From Acinetobacter wanghuae (lineage in GTDB: Bacteria; Pseudomonadota; Gammaproteobacteria; Pseudomonadales; Moraxellaceae), in NCBI RefSeq assembly GCF_009557235.1, contig NZ_CP045650.1, positions 1,350,001 through 1,382,000 of the forward strand: a stretch of 32,000 nt of DNA, written 5' to 3'. A program made the translations under genes and the position numbers. Positions 22,520-30,424 of this stretch are shown piece by piece. Below the pieces are notes generated by a model. The model saw nothing but the letters and a program-made list of their open reading frames with translations, was not told the origin of the DNA and ran no database searches. Each line of letters opens with the position of its first letter. Within the stretch, counting starts at the first letter, position 1.

Positions 22520-23905
22520 ATGCAAATCCCTATTTTGGATGGAATCTACACTGACAATAACTCTGATTTTCGCACAGCCTATCCGGTGAATCTGATTCCA
22601 GTTCCAAAAGGACAGGGGATTTCAGCAGGATATTTAAGACCAGCCGAGGGTATTAATCATGTTGCTGATCTGCCTGGTGTAGATCGTGGTGGCATTGTTT
22701 GGCGTGGCGAGCACTATCGAGTTTGCGGCACTAAGTTTGTAAAAATCTCAGCATCTGGTCAGGTTATAGAAATTGGTAGCGTGCAATCAGGTGGACTGTG
22801 CTCATTTGACTACTCATTTGATTATTTAGCTATTAATGCAGGAGATGCCTTGTACTTATACAACGGCACACTCAAGCAAGTCACTGATTCCAATCTGGGC
22901 GCTGTGCATGATGTGATCTGGGTAGATGGTTATTTCATGACAAGCGATAGCGACAATATTGTGATCACTGAGCTCAATAACCCATTTGAAGTGAATCCGC
23001 TTAAATATGGTTCCTCAGAAGTCGATCCCGATCCAATTGTTGGTCTAATTAAACTTCGTAATGAAGTCTATGTACTGAACCGTCACACGATTGAGGTGTT
23101 TGATAACGTCGGTGGTGAGTTTTTTCCATTCCAGCGCATTGATGGTGCTCAAACCACTAAAGGCGCGCTGAGCAAAAATACTGCATGTGTTTACATGGAT
23201 GCAATCGCTATGCTTGGTGGTGGGCGAAATGAAGCTATCACGGTTTATATTTCATCTGCTGGTTCTGCGCAAAAGATTGCAACACGTGAAGTTGAGCAGA
23301 TTCTTTCAAACTACACAGAAAGCCAATTAACTAAATGTCTGGTGGAATCGCGTCAGATTGATGGGCATTCGTGGTTATACATCCATCTACCAGATCAAAC
23401 TTTGGTTTATGATTCAGTTGCATCGCAAACAACTGGCCAGCCAACTTGGTTTATTTTAAATAGTGGTGGCGGCTATAAAGCTCGAAACATGACGCATGCC
23501 CATAACAGATGGTTTGTTGGTCACACAGCAGAAGCAAAGCTTGGTGTGCTCACGGATCAGTCTGGTGAGCATTGGGGTGAGGTTGTCGAGTGGCAGTTTG
23601 GCACGGCGATTGTTTATAACGAGTCCAGCGGTGCAATCTTTCATCAACTTGAATTGGTGGCTCTAACTGGTCGTAATGCCTTCAATAAAGAAACCCGTAT
23701 TTACACGCAGTATTCAGTTGATGGTATTGAATGGTCTATGCCGAAGTTTATCAGCGCTGGCAAGCGTGGAGAGCGCACAAAGCGTCTTGTATGGTTCCAA
23801 CAAGGCTATATGCAAAACTGGCGCATACAGCGATTTACAGGCACATCAGCAGCGCGACTATCCATTGCACGCCTAGAAGCAAAAGTGGAGCCACTGGGGG
23901 TTTAA
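22520..23905 (+). CDS. Packaged-DNA stabilisation / tail hub protein, P22 gp10-like
   Basis: 461 aa. The start MQIPILDGIYTD...YPVNLIPVPK...GYLRPAEGI...EHYRVCG parallels P22 gp10 MPIQQLPMMKG...YLPVNMLATPK...GYLRSFPGI...AVYRVCG. Confidence 0.75.
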   Translation: MQIPILDGIYTDNNSDFRTAYPVNLIPVPKGQGISAGYLRPAEGINHVADLPGVDRGGIVWRGEHYRVCGTKFVKISASGQVIEIGSVQSGGLCSFDYSFDYLAINAGDALYLYNGTLKQVTDSNLGAVHDVIWVDGYFMTSDSDNIVITELNNPFEVNPLKYGSSEVDPDPIVGLIKLRNEVYVLNRHTIEVFDNVGGEFFPFQRIDGAQTTKGALSKNTACVYMDAIAMLGGGRNEAITVYISSAGSAQKIATREVEQILSNYTESQLTKCLVESRQIDGHSWLYIHLPDQTLVYDSVASQTTGQPTWFILNSGGGYKARNMTHAHNRWFVGHTAEAKLGVLTDQSGEHWGEVVEWQFGTAIVYNESSGAIFHQLELVALTGRNAFNKETRIYTQYSVDGIEWSMPKFISAGKRGERTKRLVWFQQGYMQNWRIQRFTGTSAARLSIARLEAKVEPLGV

Positions 23906-24262
23906 ATGCTAGTTAGACCTAAAAAACCAAGTCGGGAAGAGCTTGCCAAGATTTTTAAAGACCCAAGGACCCTAAAAGCTTTTGAGCAAGTTTTTGAAAT
24001 TCTACCTGGTGAATTTAATAATCAGCAACAAAACCTTGATGATGTTCAATCATTAGCTGAAAGTGCAACCGCTCAAGCAGCCTTGGCAATGGCATTACTT
24101 TATGCAGTTGAAGCTTTAGCAGAAGTTAAGGCAATGGAGCCAGTGCATCAGTGCAACTGCCAACATGACGATCTAACGCCACGTTATGAGCATGTCACAC
24201 CAGACCACATCGAACCTACTCAAATTCAATATCAAGAAACTAACTCATTGGAGCTGATCTAA
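23906..24262 (+). CDS. Hypothetical virion protein (118 aa), partly coiled-coil, in the tail needle/plug position
   Basis: It follows the gp10-like gene, where P22 carries gp26. It is much shorter, so the assignment is positional only. Confidence 0.45.
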   Translation: MLVRPKKPSREELAKIFKDPRTLKAFEQVFEILPGEFNNQQQNLDDVQSLAESATAQAALAMALLYAVEALAEVKAMEPVHQCNCQHDDLTPRYEHVTPDHIEPTQIQYQETNSLELI

Positions 24263-24594
24263 TGGCTGTCAAAGTAAAAAATATTATTCCATCAAAGCGA
24301 CTGGAAGATGTTCAAACCAATCAACATATTGCATCAGTTAAAACCATGATTGATAAGGTGACTGTAACAAATACCACAGGGGCAGCAGTGACGTTTAGTT
24401 GTAATCTGGTGCCATCAGGTGGTGCTGTAGATGACGCCAATGCAATCATTAAAGGCAAGGCTGTTGCGGCTGATGAAACTTATGTTTGTCCTGAATTGGT
24501 CGGGCATGTGTTGGAGGCAGGCGATGCGATTAGCATGATTGCCAGTGCGGCTGCTTCACTCACTATTCGAGCATCAGGGCGAGAGGTCACATGA
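24262..24594 (+). CDS. Hypothetical virion-module protein (110 aa)
   Basis: ORF with TAATG and ATGA couplings. Confidence 0.6.
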   Translation: MAVKVKNIIPSKRLEDVQTNQHIASVKTMIDKVTVTNTTGAAVTFSCNLVPSGGAVDDANAIIKGKAVAADETYVCPELVGHVLEAGDAISMIASAAASLTIRASGREVT

Positions 24595-25058
24595 TTACAT
24601 TACGGCCTCTAAGTGATATTGATGTGATTAATCGCGTGATTTTGGATGCTGCAGTCAATGATGATATTTCGGACGATGCATCCAAGAATCACGAATTACA
24701 GAAATTACCACACGCCTTTGAATGTCTTGGGATCTACCAAGATGAAGAAATCAAAGGTCTATTCATGCTTGTTCCTCAAAATGCAGTGACAGCAGAAATT
24801 CATACATGCTTGTTGCTGCGCGGCAAAGAAGCATTTCAAGCAGGGCAATTACTGCTTAATTACCTATTTAGTAATTATCAAAAAGCAATTTCTTATACAC
24901 CTTCGACCAATAAAAAAGCCTTGTTTTATGCACTTCGACTTGGATTCAAAAAAGAAGGTGTTTTGACTCAATCATTCTTGAAAAACGGTGAATTGCTTGA
25001 CCAAACATTGGTAGGCCTAACCAAAGGAGAATACTTATGCCAGTTGCAGCAGCGGTAG
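24591..25058 (+). CDS. GNAT-fold-like protein at the P22 gp14 position
   Basis: The C-terminus NKKALFYALRLGFKKEGVLTQSFLKNGELLDQTLVGLTKGEY follows the N..A...lGF..EG......nG...D pattern of GNAT acetyltransferases. Confidence 0.5.
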   Translation: MITLRPLSDIDVINRVILDAAVNDDISDDASKNHELQKLPHAFECLGIYQDEEIKGLFMLVPQNAVTAEIHTCLLLRGKEAFQAGQLLLNYLFSNYQKAISYTPSTNKKALFYALRLGFKKEGVLTQSFLKNGELLDQTLVGLTKGEYLCQLQQR

Positions 25059-25678
25059 TTGGTAGTGCAGTTGTAGGCGGCGTAATGTCCAGCCGAGCAC
25101 AGAAAAAAGCAGCGAACTCAGCAGCCAATGCTCAGATCGAATCATCTGAAATGGGAGTGGAGGAGCAGCGTCGACAGTTTGATGCGGTTCAAAAACTTTT
25201 AAAACCTTATGCGGATGCTGGTCTCAGCGGCTTATCTGGTCAGCAGGATCTAATGGGTATCAATGGTGTAGCCAAACAGCAAGCAGCTATCGGAAATATA
25301 AACAATAGTGCAGAGATGCAAACTTACCTGCAACAAGGTGAAAATGCCATTCTGCAAAACGCATCTGCTACCGGCGGCTTGCGTGGCGGCAATACCCAAG
25401 CAGCATTGGCGCAATTCAGACCGCAACTGCTTAATCAGTTAATTAATCAGCGTTATCAAAACTTGGCAGGTATGACATCGCTTGGTCAGAACGCGGCAGC
25501 CGGAACCGGTAACGCAGGCATGCAGGCTGCAAGCAATATTTCAAACCTTTATCAGCAGTCTGGCGCTGCACAGGCGGGTGCGGCTTTAGCAAGCGGCCAA
25601 GCTAGCGCAAACATGTGGAATGGTCTGACAGGTGCAATTGGTCAGGTTGGCGGCATGAAAATGATGGGGATGTTTTAA
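25037..25678 (+). CDS. Ejection (DNA-transfer) protein, gp7-like; Gly/Ala/Gln-rich
   Basis: 213 aa with a hydrophobic N-terminus AAAVVGSAVVGGVM and low-complexity Q/A/G/N content. AAGGAGA lies upstream. Confidence 0.6.
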   Translation: MPVAAAVVGSAVVGGVMSSRAQKKAANSAANAQIESSEMGVEEQRRQFDAVQKLLKPYADAGLSGLSGQQDLMGINGVAKQQAAIGNINNSAEMQTYLQQGENAILQNASATGGLRGGNTQAALAQFRPQLLNQLINQRYQNLAGMTSLGQNAAAGTGNAGMQAASNISNLYQQSGAAQAGAALASGQASANMWNGLTGAIGQVGGMKMMGMF

Positions 25679-25680
25679 TT

Positions 25681-27018
25681 ATGGTACAGCCAATTAATTA
25701 TATGCTTGATGTGCAAAACCCTGTCCAGACTGCTATGACTGGTCTCACTCAAGGCATGCAAATCGGGCAATTTGTGCAGGCGAAAGAGCTCGCACAAAAA
25801 GAAGCATTGCAAAAAGAGCAGATGCAGCAGGAGCTATCCACTTTTGCATCCAAGCCAAACAAAACCCATGAAGACTATGCAACCATCATGGCGCGGTTTC
25901 CATCTTTAGCTGAAGACTTTAAGCGTGGCTACGATGTTTTGGATTCTGGTAAACAACAAGCTACATTTAAGACTACATCGCGCATCTATGCAGCTTTATC
26001 TGGTGGGCAACCAAGCGTTGCAAAATCCATTCTTGAAACTGAAGCTTTGGGTTATGAGAATGCAGGAGATAAAACCACTGCCGATCAAATGCGAACACTA
26101 GCAGCAATGGCAGAAACAGATCCTGATGGGCTTTTAACAATATCAGGCCTAACGCTGGCATCAACCACACCATCGCAGTTCAAGGATGTGTTGGGCGCAT
26201 TAGGTGAAAACCAGATGCTGCCAGAGGAAATCAACCTTAAGAAAGCGCAGACCGGGAAGACCAAGGCTGAAACCGAGAAAACTGAAACTGAAAATCTTTG
26301 GTATGGGGACAAGACACAGGCTGAGATTGACAACCTTGAATCGCAAGTTGAGGATCGCCAAACAGGTCGTGTTCTTGAGCAGCAAAAGATGCAGCTCGGT
26401 AATGATCAATTCTATGCGAAGCTTGATCAAGATCAGCAGCAGTTCTATGAAAACTTAAATCAGGAAGAGCGAAAGATTGCCCAGACTGTATTTAATGTCA
26501 AAGAAAAACCTGAGCAGCGCATGGAACGACTGGAAAAGGTTAATAAGTTCGCAAGTGCATCAACAAATGCAGCAGAAACCGCAAAACTAGCAGCAGAGCT
26601 TGCCAATGACCCCAATTTAAGTAAATACATTGGTGGTTATTGGAATCGTGCCATGAGGAACACACCTGGCACAGATGAATATAATTTTGCTCAAAAGGTT
26701 GAGACTTTAAAATCCCGTGCATTCTTAATTGGGGCTGAAAGCTTGAAAGGCTTGGGTGCTATGACGGAAATGGAAGGATCCAAAGTAACCGTTGCACTTG
26801 GTAACCTAAACCCAAATCAGGATGTTGGAGAGTTTCAGCGTCAGTTGTCTGCACTTGGTAGAGCGGCGTCAGGCGTGGCAAAAGTATCGAATAAAAATGC
26901 CCAGATTTATGCCACCAAGGGCAAGGGTTATTCTGCTGAAGTAGTCGCTGCTGCAAAAGCTCGCGGTGTATCGCCTGCAGAGATGCAGCAAGTAGCGAAT
27001 CAACTAGGGATTGAGTGA
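25681..27018 (+). CDS. Ejection (DNA-transfer) protein, gp20-like
   Basis: ATG 25681 lies 2 nt after the previous stop; the track extension to 25615 is rejected. 445 aa, Gln/Glu/Ala-rich and helical. Confidence 0.6.
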   Translation: MVQPINYMLDVQNPVQTAMTGLTQGMQIGQFVQAKELAQKEALQKEQMQQELSTFASKPNKTHEDYATIMARFPSLAEDFKRGYDVLDSGKQQATFKTTSRIYAALSGGQPSVAKSILETEALGYENAGDKTTADQMRTLAAMAETDPDGLLTISGLTLASTTPSQFKDVLGALGENQMLPEEINLKKAQTGKTKAETEKTETENLWYGDKTQAEIDNLESQVEDRQTGRVLEQQKMQLGNDQFYAKLDQDQQQFYENLNQEERKIAQTVFNVKEKPEQRMERLEKVNKFASASTNAAETAKLAAELANDPNLSKYIGGYWNRAMRNTPGTDEYNFAQKVETLKSRAFLIGAESLKGLGAMTEMEGSKVTVALGNLNPNQDVGEFQRQLSALGRAASGVAKVSNKNAQIYATKGKGYSAEVVAAAKARGVSPAEMQQVANQLGIE

Positions 27019-27024
27019 TTATTC

Positions 27025-27063
27025 TGTGATAACCTTTCTTTAACAATAAAGAGGGTTATCACA
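27025..27063 (+). promoter_or_regulatory. Inverted repeat TGTGATAACC-N19-GGTTATCACA enclosing the RBS and start codon of the lipoprotein gene
   Basis: Perfect 10-bp arms at 27025-27034 and 27054-27063, with further imperfect pairing inside. The right arm contains GAGGG and the A of ATG 27063. No T-run follows. Confidence 0.5.
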
Positions 27064-27395
27064 TGAAAAATATTATTCTATCTGGGTTTGTTTTATCTCT
27101 TGTCGGCTGCATGAATATGCCAACTCAACCATCACAAATTACTGGGTCATATACATCTGGCTTGCGCTATGAGGGTTTTTCTTGTGACCAGTTAGCAACT
27201 GAAATTAACTCCTTAGCAAGAAGAGAAAATCAACTTGTAATAGCTCAAGAGCAGAGGATTAAAACCAGCAAAGTGCAAGCCGCATGGTGGGGTTATGGTC
27301 AGGGTGATGGGGTTGAGGCATCCGAGCTTGCTAATGTTAAGGGTGAAAAAGAAGCTGTTAGGCATGCTATTGAAAGCAAGGGCTGTCGGATCTAG
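27063..27395 (+). CDS. Lipoprotein (110 aa)
   Basis: Signal peptide with lipobox MKNIILSGFVLSLVG|C. Confidence 0.75.
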   Translation: MKNIILSGFVLSLVGCMNMPTQPSQITGSYTSGLRYEGFSCDQLATEINSLARRENQLVIAQEQRIKTSKVQAAWWGYGQGDGVEASELANVKGEKEAVRHAIESKGCRI

Positions 27396-27406
27396 AGGGC
27401 TATGTG

Positions 27407-27580
27407 ATGTGGTTGGTTATTTTTGCATTTGCTGTTCTCGCATACTTAATAATAAAGCAAGAAAAGACCTTTAATAAATCTATTCTGATTTTAGAGGAGA
27501 GGATTAATGCGCAACAACACCAAATCAATAAGCTTAATGAAAGAGTGAGTGACCTTGAGAGGGATAAGATATCAGGATGA
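27407..27580 (+). CDS. 57-aa protein with an N-terminal TM anchor and a coiled-coil tail
   Basis: Hand-translated as MWLVIFAFAVLAYLIIKQEKTFNKSILILEERINAQQHQINKLNERVSDLERDKISG. The stop overlaps the next ATG (ATGA). It is below the track cut-off. Confidence 0.5.
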   Translation: MWLVIFAFAVLAYLIIKQEKTFNKSILILEERINAQQHQINKLNERVSDLERDKISG

Positions 27581-27804
27581 AATATTTAATTTTAGCTATT
27601 GTTTTAGGTCTAAGTGCTTGCGCAAAGGATCCAAATAGCAAGCCAATTTATGGCGATGAATTAGGGCTGCCAGTTAATTGCAGAGCGTACATTCAGGTTG
27701 CTGTGAATGAATGGCGAAAAGGTGCTTATAGCACAGAAACCACAATGAACGCCATTGAAAGAAATTGCGGTGAGCATGGCACACTCTGGGATTATAAGCC
27801 CTAA
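27577..27804 (+). CDS. Lipoprotein (75 aa)
   Basis: Signal peptide with lipobox MKYLILAIVLGLSA|C. Confidence 0.75.
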   Translation: MKYLILAIVLGLSACAKDPNSKPIYGDELGLPVNCRAYIQVAVNEWRKGAYSTETTMNAIERNCGEHGTLWDYKP

Positions 27805-27828
27805 AAGAATCAACCAAGTTAAACACAT

Positions 27829-27850
27829 ACCACCTTCGGGTGGTTTTTTA
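27829..27850 (+). terminator. Intrinsic terminator closing the lipoprotein cassette
   Basis: ACCACC, loop TTCG, GGTGGT, followed by TTTTT. Confidence 0.75.
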
Positions 27851-27868
27851 TTTGCCTAAGGAAAAGTT

Positions 27869-30421
27869 ATGTCTTTACAACAAAGTGTGATGAAGGCTTT
27901 TGAAAAGGCTGGACTAAGCAAAAATCAGGCCCGCATCATCACTGCGGAAGTGGGGCGTGAAAACTCATTTGATCCAAGTGTTGTGTTTGGCGCTCACACC
28001 GACGACAGTAATAAAAAAACAAATGTTGGCTTGCTGTCTTGGCAGAATGGTCGTGAAGCACCATTGCTTGCAAGGCTTAAATCAAAGGGCTTGTATGCGG
28101 ATGGCAAGATTAAGCAAAGTCAGGCTGCACTTGATGAAATGGCAAAATACGCTGTTCATGAGATCAACACAAAGCCTAAATACGCAGCAACAAAGAAAAC
28201 CTTCTTGTCTAATCCAGATGTTGATTACGATACTGCAACAAAGGTTCTAGGCACAAACTTTATCCGCTGGCGCTACAACGATCCAGAGTACAAATCTGGA
28301 CACAAGAATCGGGATGATTTTTACAGACAATTAGGCGGCAACCCTAAAACGTGGAATGAAACTAAAGCCATGGTTGGGGAAATCAAGCCACCAAACCGCA
28401 AGCCAGCACAAAACCGAATCAACCAACTTGTGACTGCTTATGACAAGCAAGCCAAGGCCAGCACAACCAAAAATCAAATTAATCCACAGCAAAAGCAAAA
28501 TCGTGTGAATAGCCTATTGGCTGCCTTTGATCAACAGAATCCAGAACGCCAGGCAGCACCAGCCGGATTGCCTGATTTTGATGAAAATGGTGTGATTCGA
28601 GAGGATCAGCCACAGCAACCAAAACCACAACAAGCACCATTGAGCACAATGGATAAAATCATCGGTGGCCTTGAGGCTGGTGCAACTCTGGCAACTGGTG
28701 CGGTTGGTGGCGCTATTGGTCAGGCTGCAGGCGGTTTGCACGGTATTGCTGAATCTGTCGTTGATGGCACATTTGGTACACAACAAGGCGCTCAAAATGC
28801 TGTAAATCGTGCAGGTCAGTTTGCTAATGCTTTGACTTATGAGCCAAACACAGCAGCCGGACAACGTGTTGTAGGTGCAGTGGGTGAGTTTATTGAAGAT
28901 ACTGGTCTTGATACCTTGCCGCCTGTCTTGGGTGGTGGTGTTGGTACTGCTACTGCAACGTTAGGGCGTGCATCTGTGCCAGTGGCAACCACAGCAGCAA
29001 GAGATGTTGTTCAGGCAGCCAAACCGGTTGTCGCTCAAGTGGTGGAGCAAGCAAAACGGCCAGTCGCAACGGTGACGGAGGCGGCTAAAAATGCTTTTAA
29101 TCGCGATACCACAAATACTGGTCCAGCGCCTGCAAGCATAGGTGCCGCCCAAGTGGATCAAGCAACTGTTCGCCAAGCACTGGCTCAAGATTTACCGGTA
29201 ACACCTGAACTCACCAGAGGGCAGATTAGCCGAGACCCTGCACAGTTAAAATTTGAAGTTGAAACTGCAAAAGACCCGGATGCTGGTGCACCACTTCGCC
29301 AGCGTTATGAGCAACAACATCAAGCGGTTCAGCAGAACTTTGATGCTTTCATTGATCAGACAGGCAGTCAGACAGGCGGTAATGCGCGTGATGTTGGTTT
29401 AATGGTTGATGGTGCTCTACAGAAGCAAATGCAGGCTGATAAAAATCGGGTGCGTGTTGCTTATAAAAAAGCGGATGATTCGGATGAAGCTGCTACGCCA
29501 GTTGATGTGACGCAGCCAGTCAGCGTGCTTGAGGATGGTGAGATATCTATCATTGATTACCTGAATTCACAGCCTGAATTACCAACCACACCAATCATTA
29601 CAGCAGCCAAGCGTACTGCAGTATCACTTGGGATTGCTCAAAAGGCGGACGATGGCAGCTTAATACCCGGAAACCCCACAATCAAACAGCTTGAAAAATG
29701 GCGCTCTGAGATTAACGGAAACGTGAATCAGGAGGCGCCAAACATTCGTCAGGCGACCATCTTAAAAGGTTTCATTGATGCTCACGTAGAACCGTATGCG
29801 GGGACACTATACAAGGCTGCCCGGGCAGAACGTAAACGCTTTGGTGATAAGTGGGAAAATCACACCATCATCAAAGATTTAACCGGAAATAAAAAAGGCA
29901 CCGATGACCGCAAAGTTGCTTATGAAAAAGTTGTAGATCGAGTCATTTACAGCGGCTCTTTAGATGACCTTCGACAAGCCAAGCGAACCATCATGACATC
30001 CGGGCCAGAAGGAAAACAATCTTGGAGTGAAATCCAAGCCGCTGTGCTTCAAAACATTAAAGATGAAGCCACCAAAGGTGTTGCACCAGACGGTCAAGGC
30101 AACCAGATGATTAGTCCAGCTGCACTTAATGCTCAAATTCGCAAACTTGATGACAAGCTTGATTTCATTTTTGGCAAACAAGGCGCTGATAAGTTACGGG
30201 CCTTGAATGAAGTATCCAAAACAATCTTTACTGTTCCAGCTTCAGCAGCGATCAATCACAGCAATACGGCTGCAACACTATCAGCAGCAATGGATTTGGT
30301 TTTGTCGGGCATGTCTGGATTCCCAGCACCAGTCGCAAGTGCATTACGCCTCTCAACCAAACACATTAAAGATCGGAAAATTCGCAAGCGTGTAGAAGAC
30401 GCATTAAACCCACGGAGTTAA
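27869..30421 (+). CDS. Large ejection / internal virion protein (gp16 position) with an N-terminal lysozyme-like (phage tail lysozyme type) domain
   Basis: 850 aa. The N-terminus ARIITAEVGRENSFDP...NVGLLSWQNGR resembles the E...G.fQW..gR pattern of phage tail lysozyme domains. It also has a central Gly/Ala/Val-rich segment and a long helical C-terminus. Confidence 0.6.
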   Translation: MSLQQSVMKAFEKAGLSKNQARIITAEVGRENSFDPSVVFGAHTDDSNKKTNVGLLSWQNGREAPLLARLKSKGLYADGKIKQSQAALDEMAKYAVHEINTKPKYAATKKTFLSNPDVDYDTATKVLGTNFIRWRYNDPEYKSGHKNRDDFYRQLGGNPKTWNETKAMVGEIKPPNRKPAQNRINQLVTAYDKQAKASTTKNQINPQQKQNRVNSLLAAFDQQNPERQAAPAGLPDFDENGVIREDQPQQPKPQQAPLSTMDKIIGGLEAGATLATGAVGGAIGQAAGGLHGIAESVVDGTFGTQQGAQNAVNRAGQFANALTYEPNTAAGQRVVGAVGEFIEDTGLDTLPPVLGGGVGTATATLGRASVPVATTAARDVVQAAKPVVAQVVEQAKRPVATVTEAAKNAFNRDTTNTGPAPASIGAAQVDQATVRQALAQDLPVTPELTRGQISRDPAQLKFEVETAKDPDAGAPLRQRYEQQHQAVQQNFDAFIDQTGSQTGGNARDVGLMVDGALQKQMQADKNRVRVAYKKADDSDEAATPVDVTQPVSVLEDGEISIIDYLNSQPELPTTPIITAAKRTAVSLGIAQKADDGSLIPGNPTIKQLEKWRSEINGNVNQEAPNIRQATILKGFIDAHVEPYAGTLYKAARAERKRFGDKWENHTIIKDLTGNKKGTDDRKVAYEKVVDRVIYSGSLDDLRQAKRTIMTSGPEGKQSWSEIQAAVLQNIKDEATKGVAPDGQGNQMISPAALNAQIRKLDDKLDFIFGKQGADKLRALNEVSKTIFTVPASAAINHSNTAATLSAAMDLVLSGMSGFPAPVASALRLSTKHIKDRKIRKRVEDALNPRS

Positions 30422-30424
30422 GTT

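Noticed and set aside
25615-25680. 22-codon N-terminal extension of the gp20-like ORF
   Set aside because: It overlaps the gp7-like gene's end in another frame. ATG 25681 sits 2 nt after that gene's stop.
27407-27804. An i-spanin/o-spanin pair: an N-terminal TM plus coiled-coil ORF overlapping a lipoprotein ORF
   Set aside because: The architecture is suggestive. However, the TM protein has only about 35 periplasmic residues, too short to span the periplasm. The lipoprotein is not Pro-rich. No holin or endolysin is adjacent. It is kept only as an alternative within the cassette finding.
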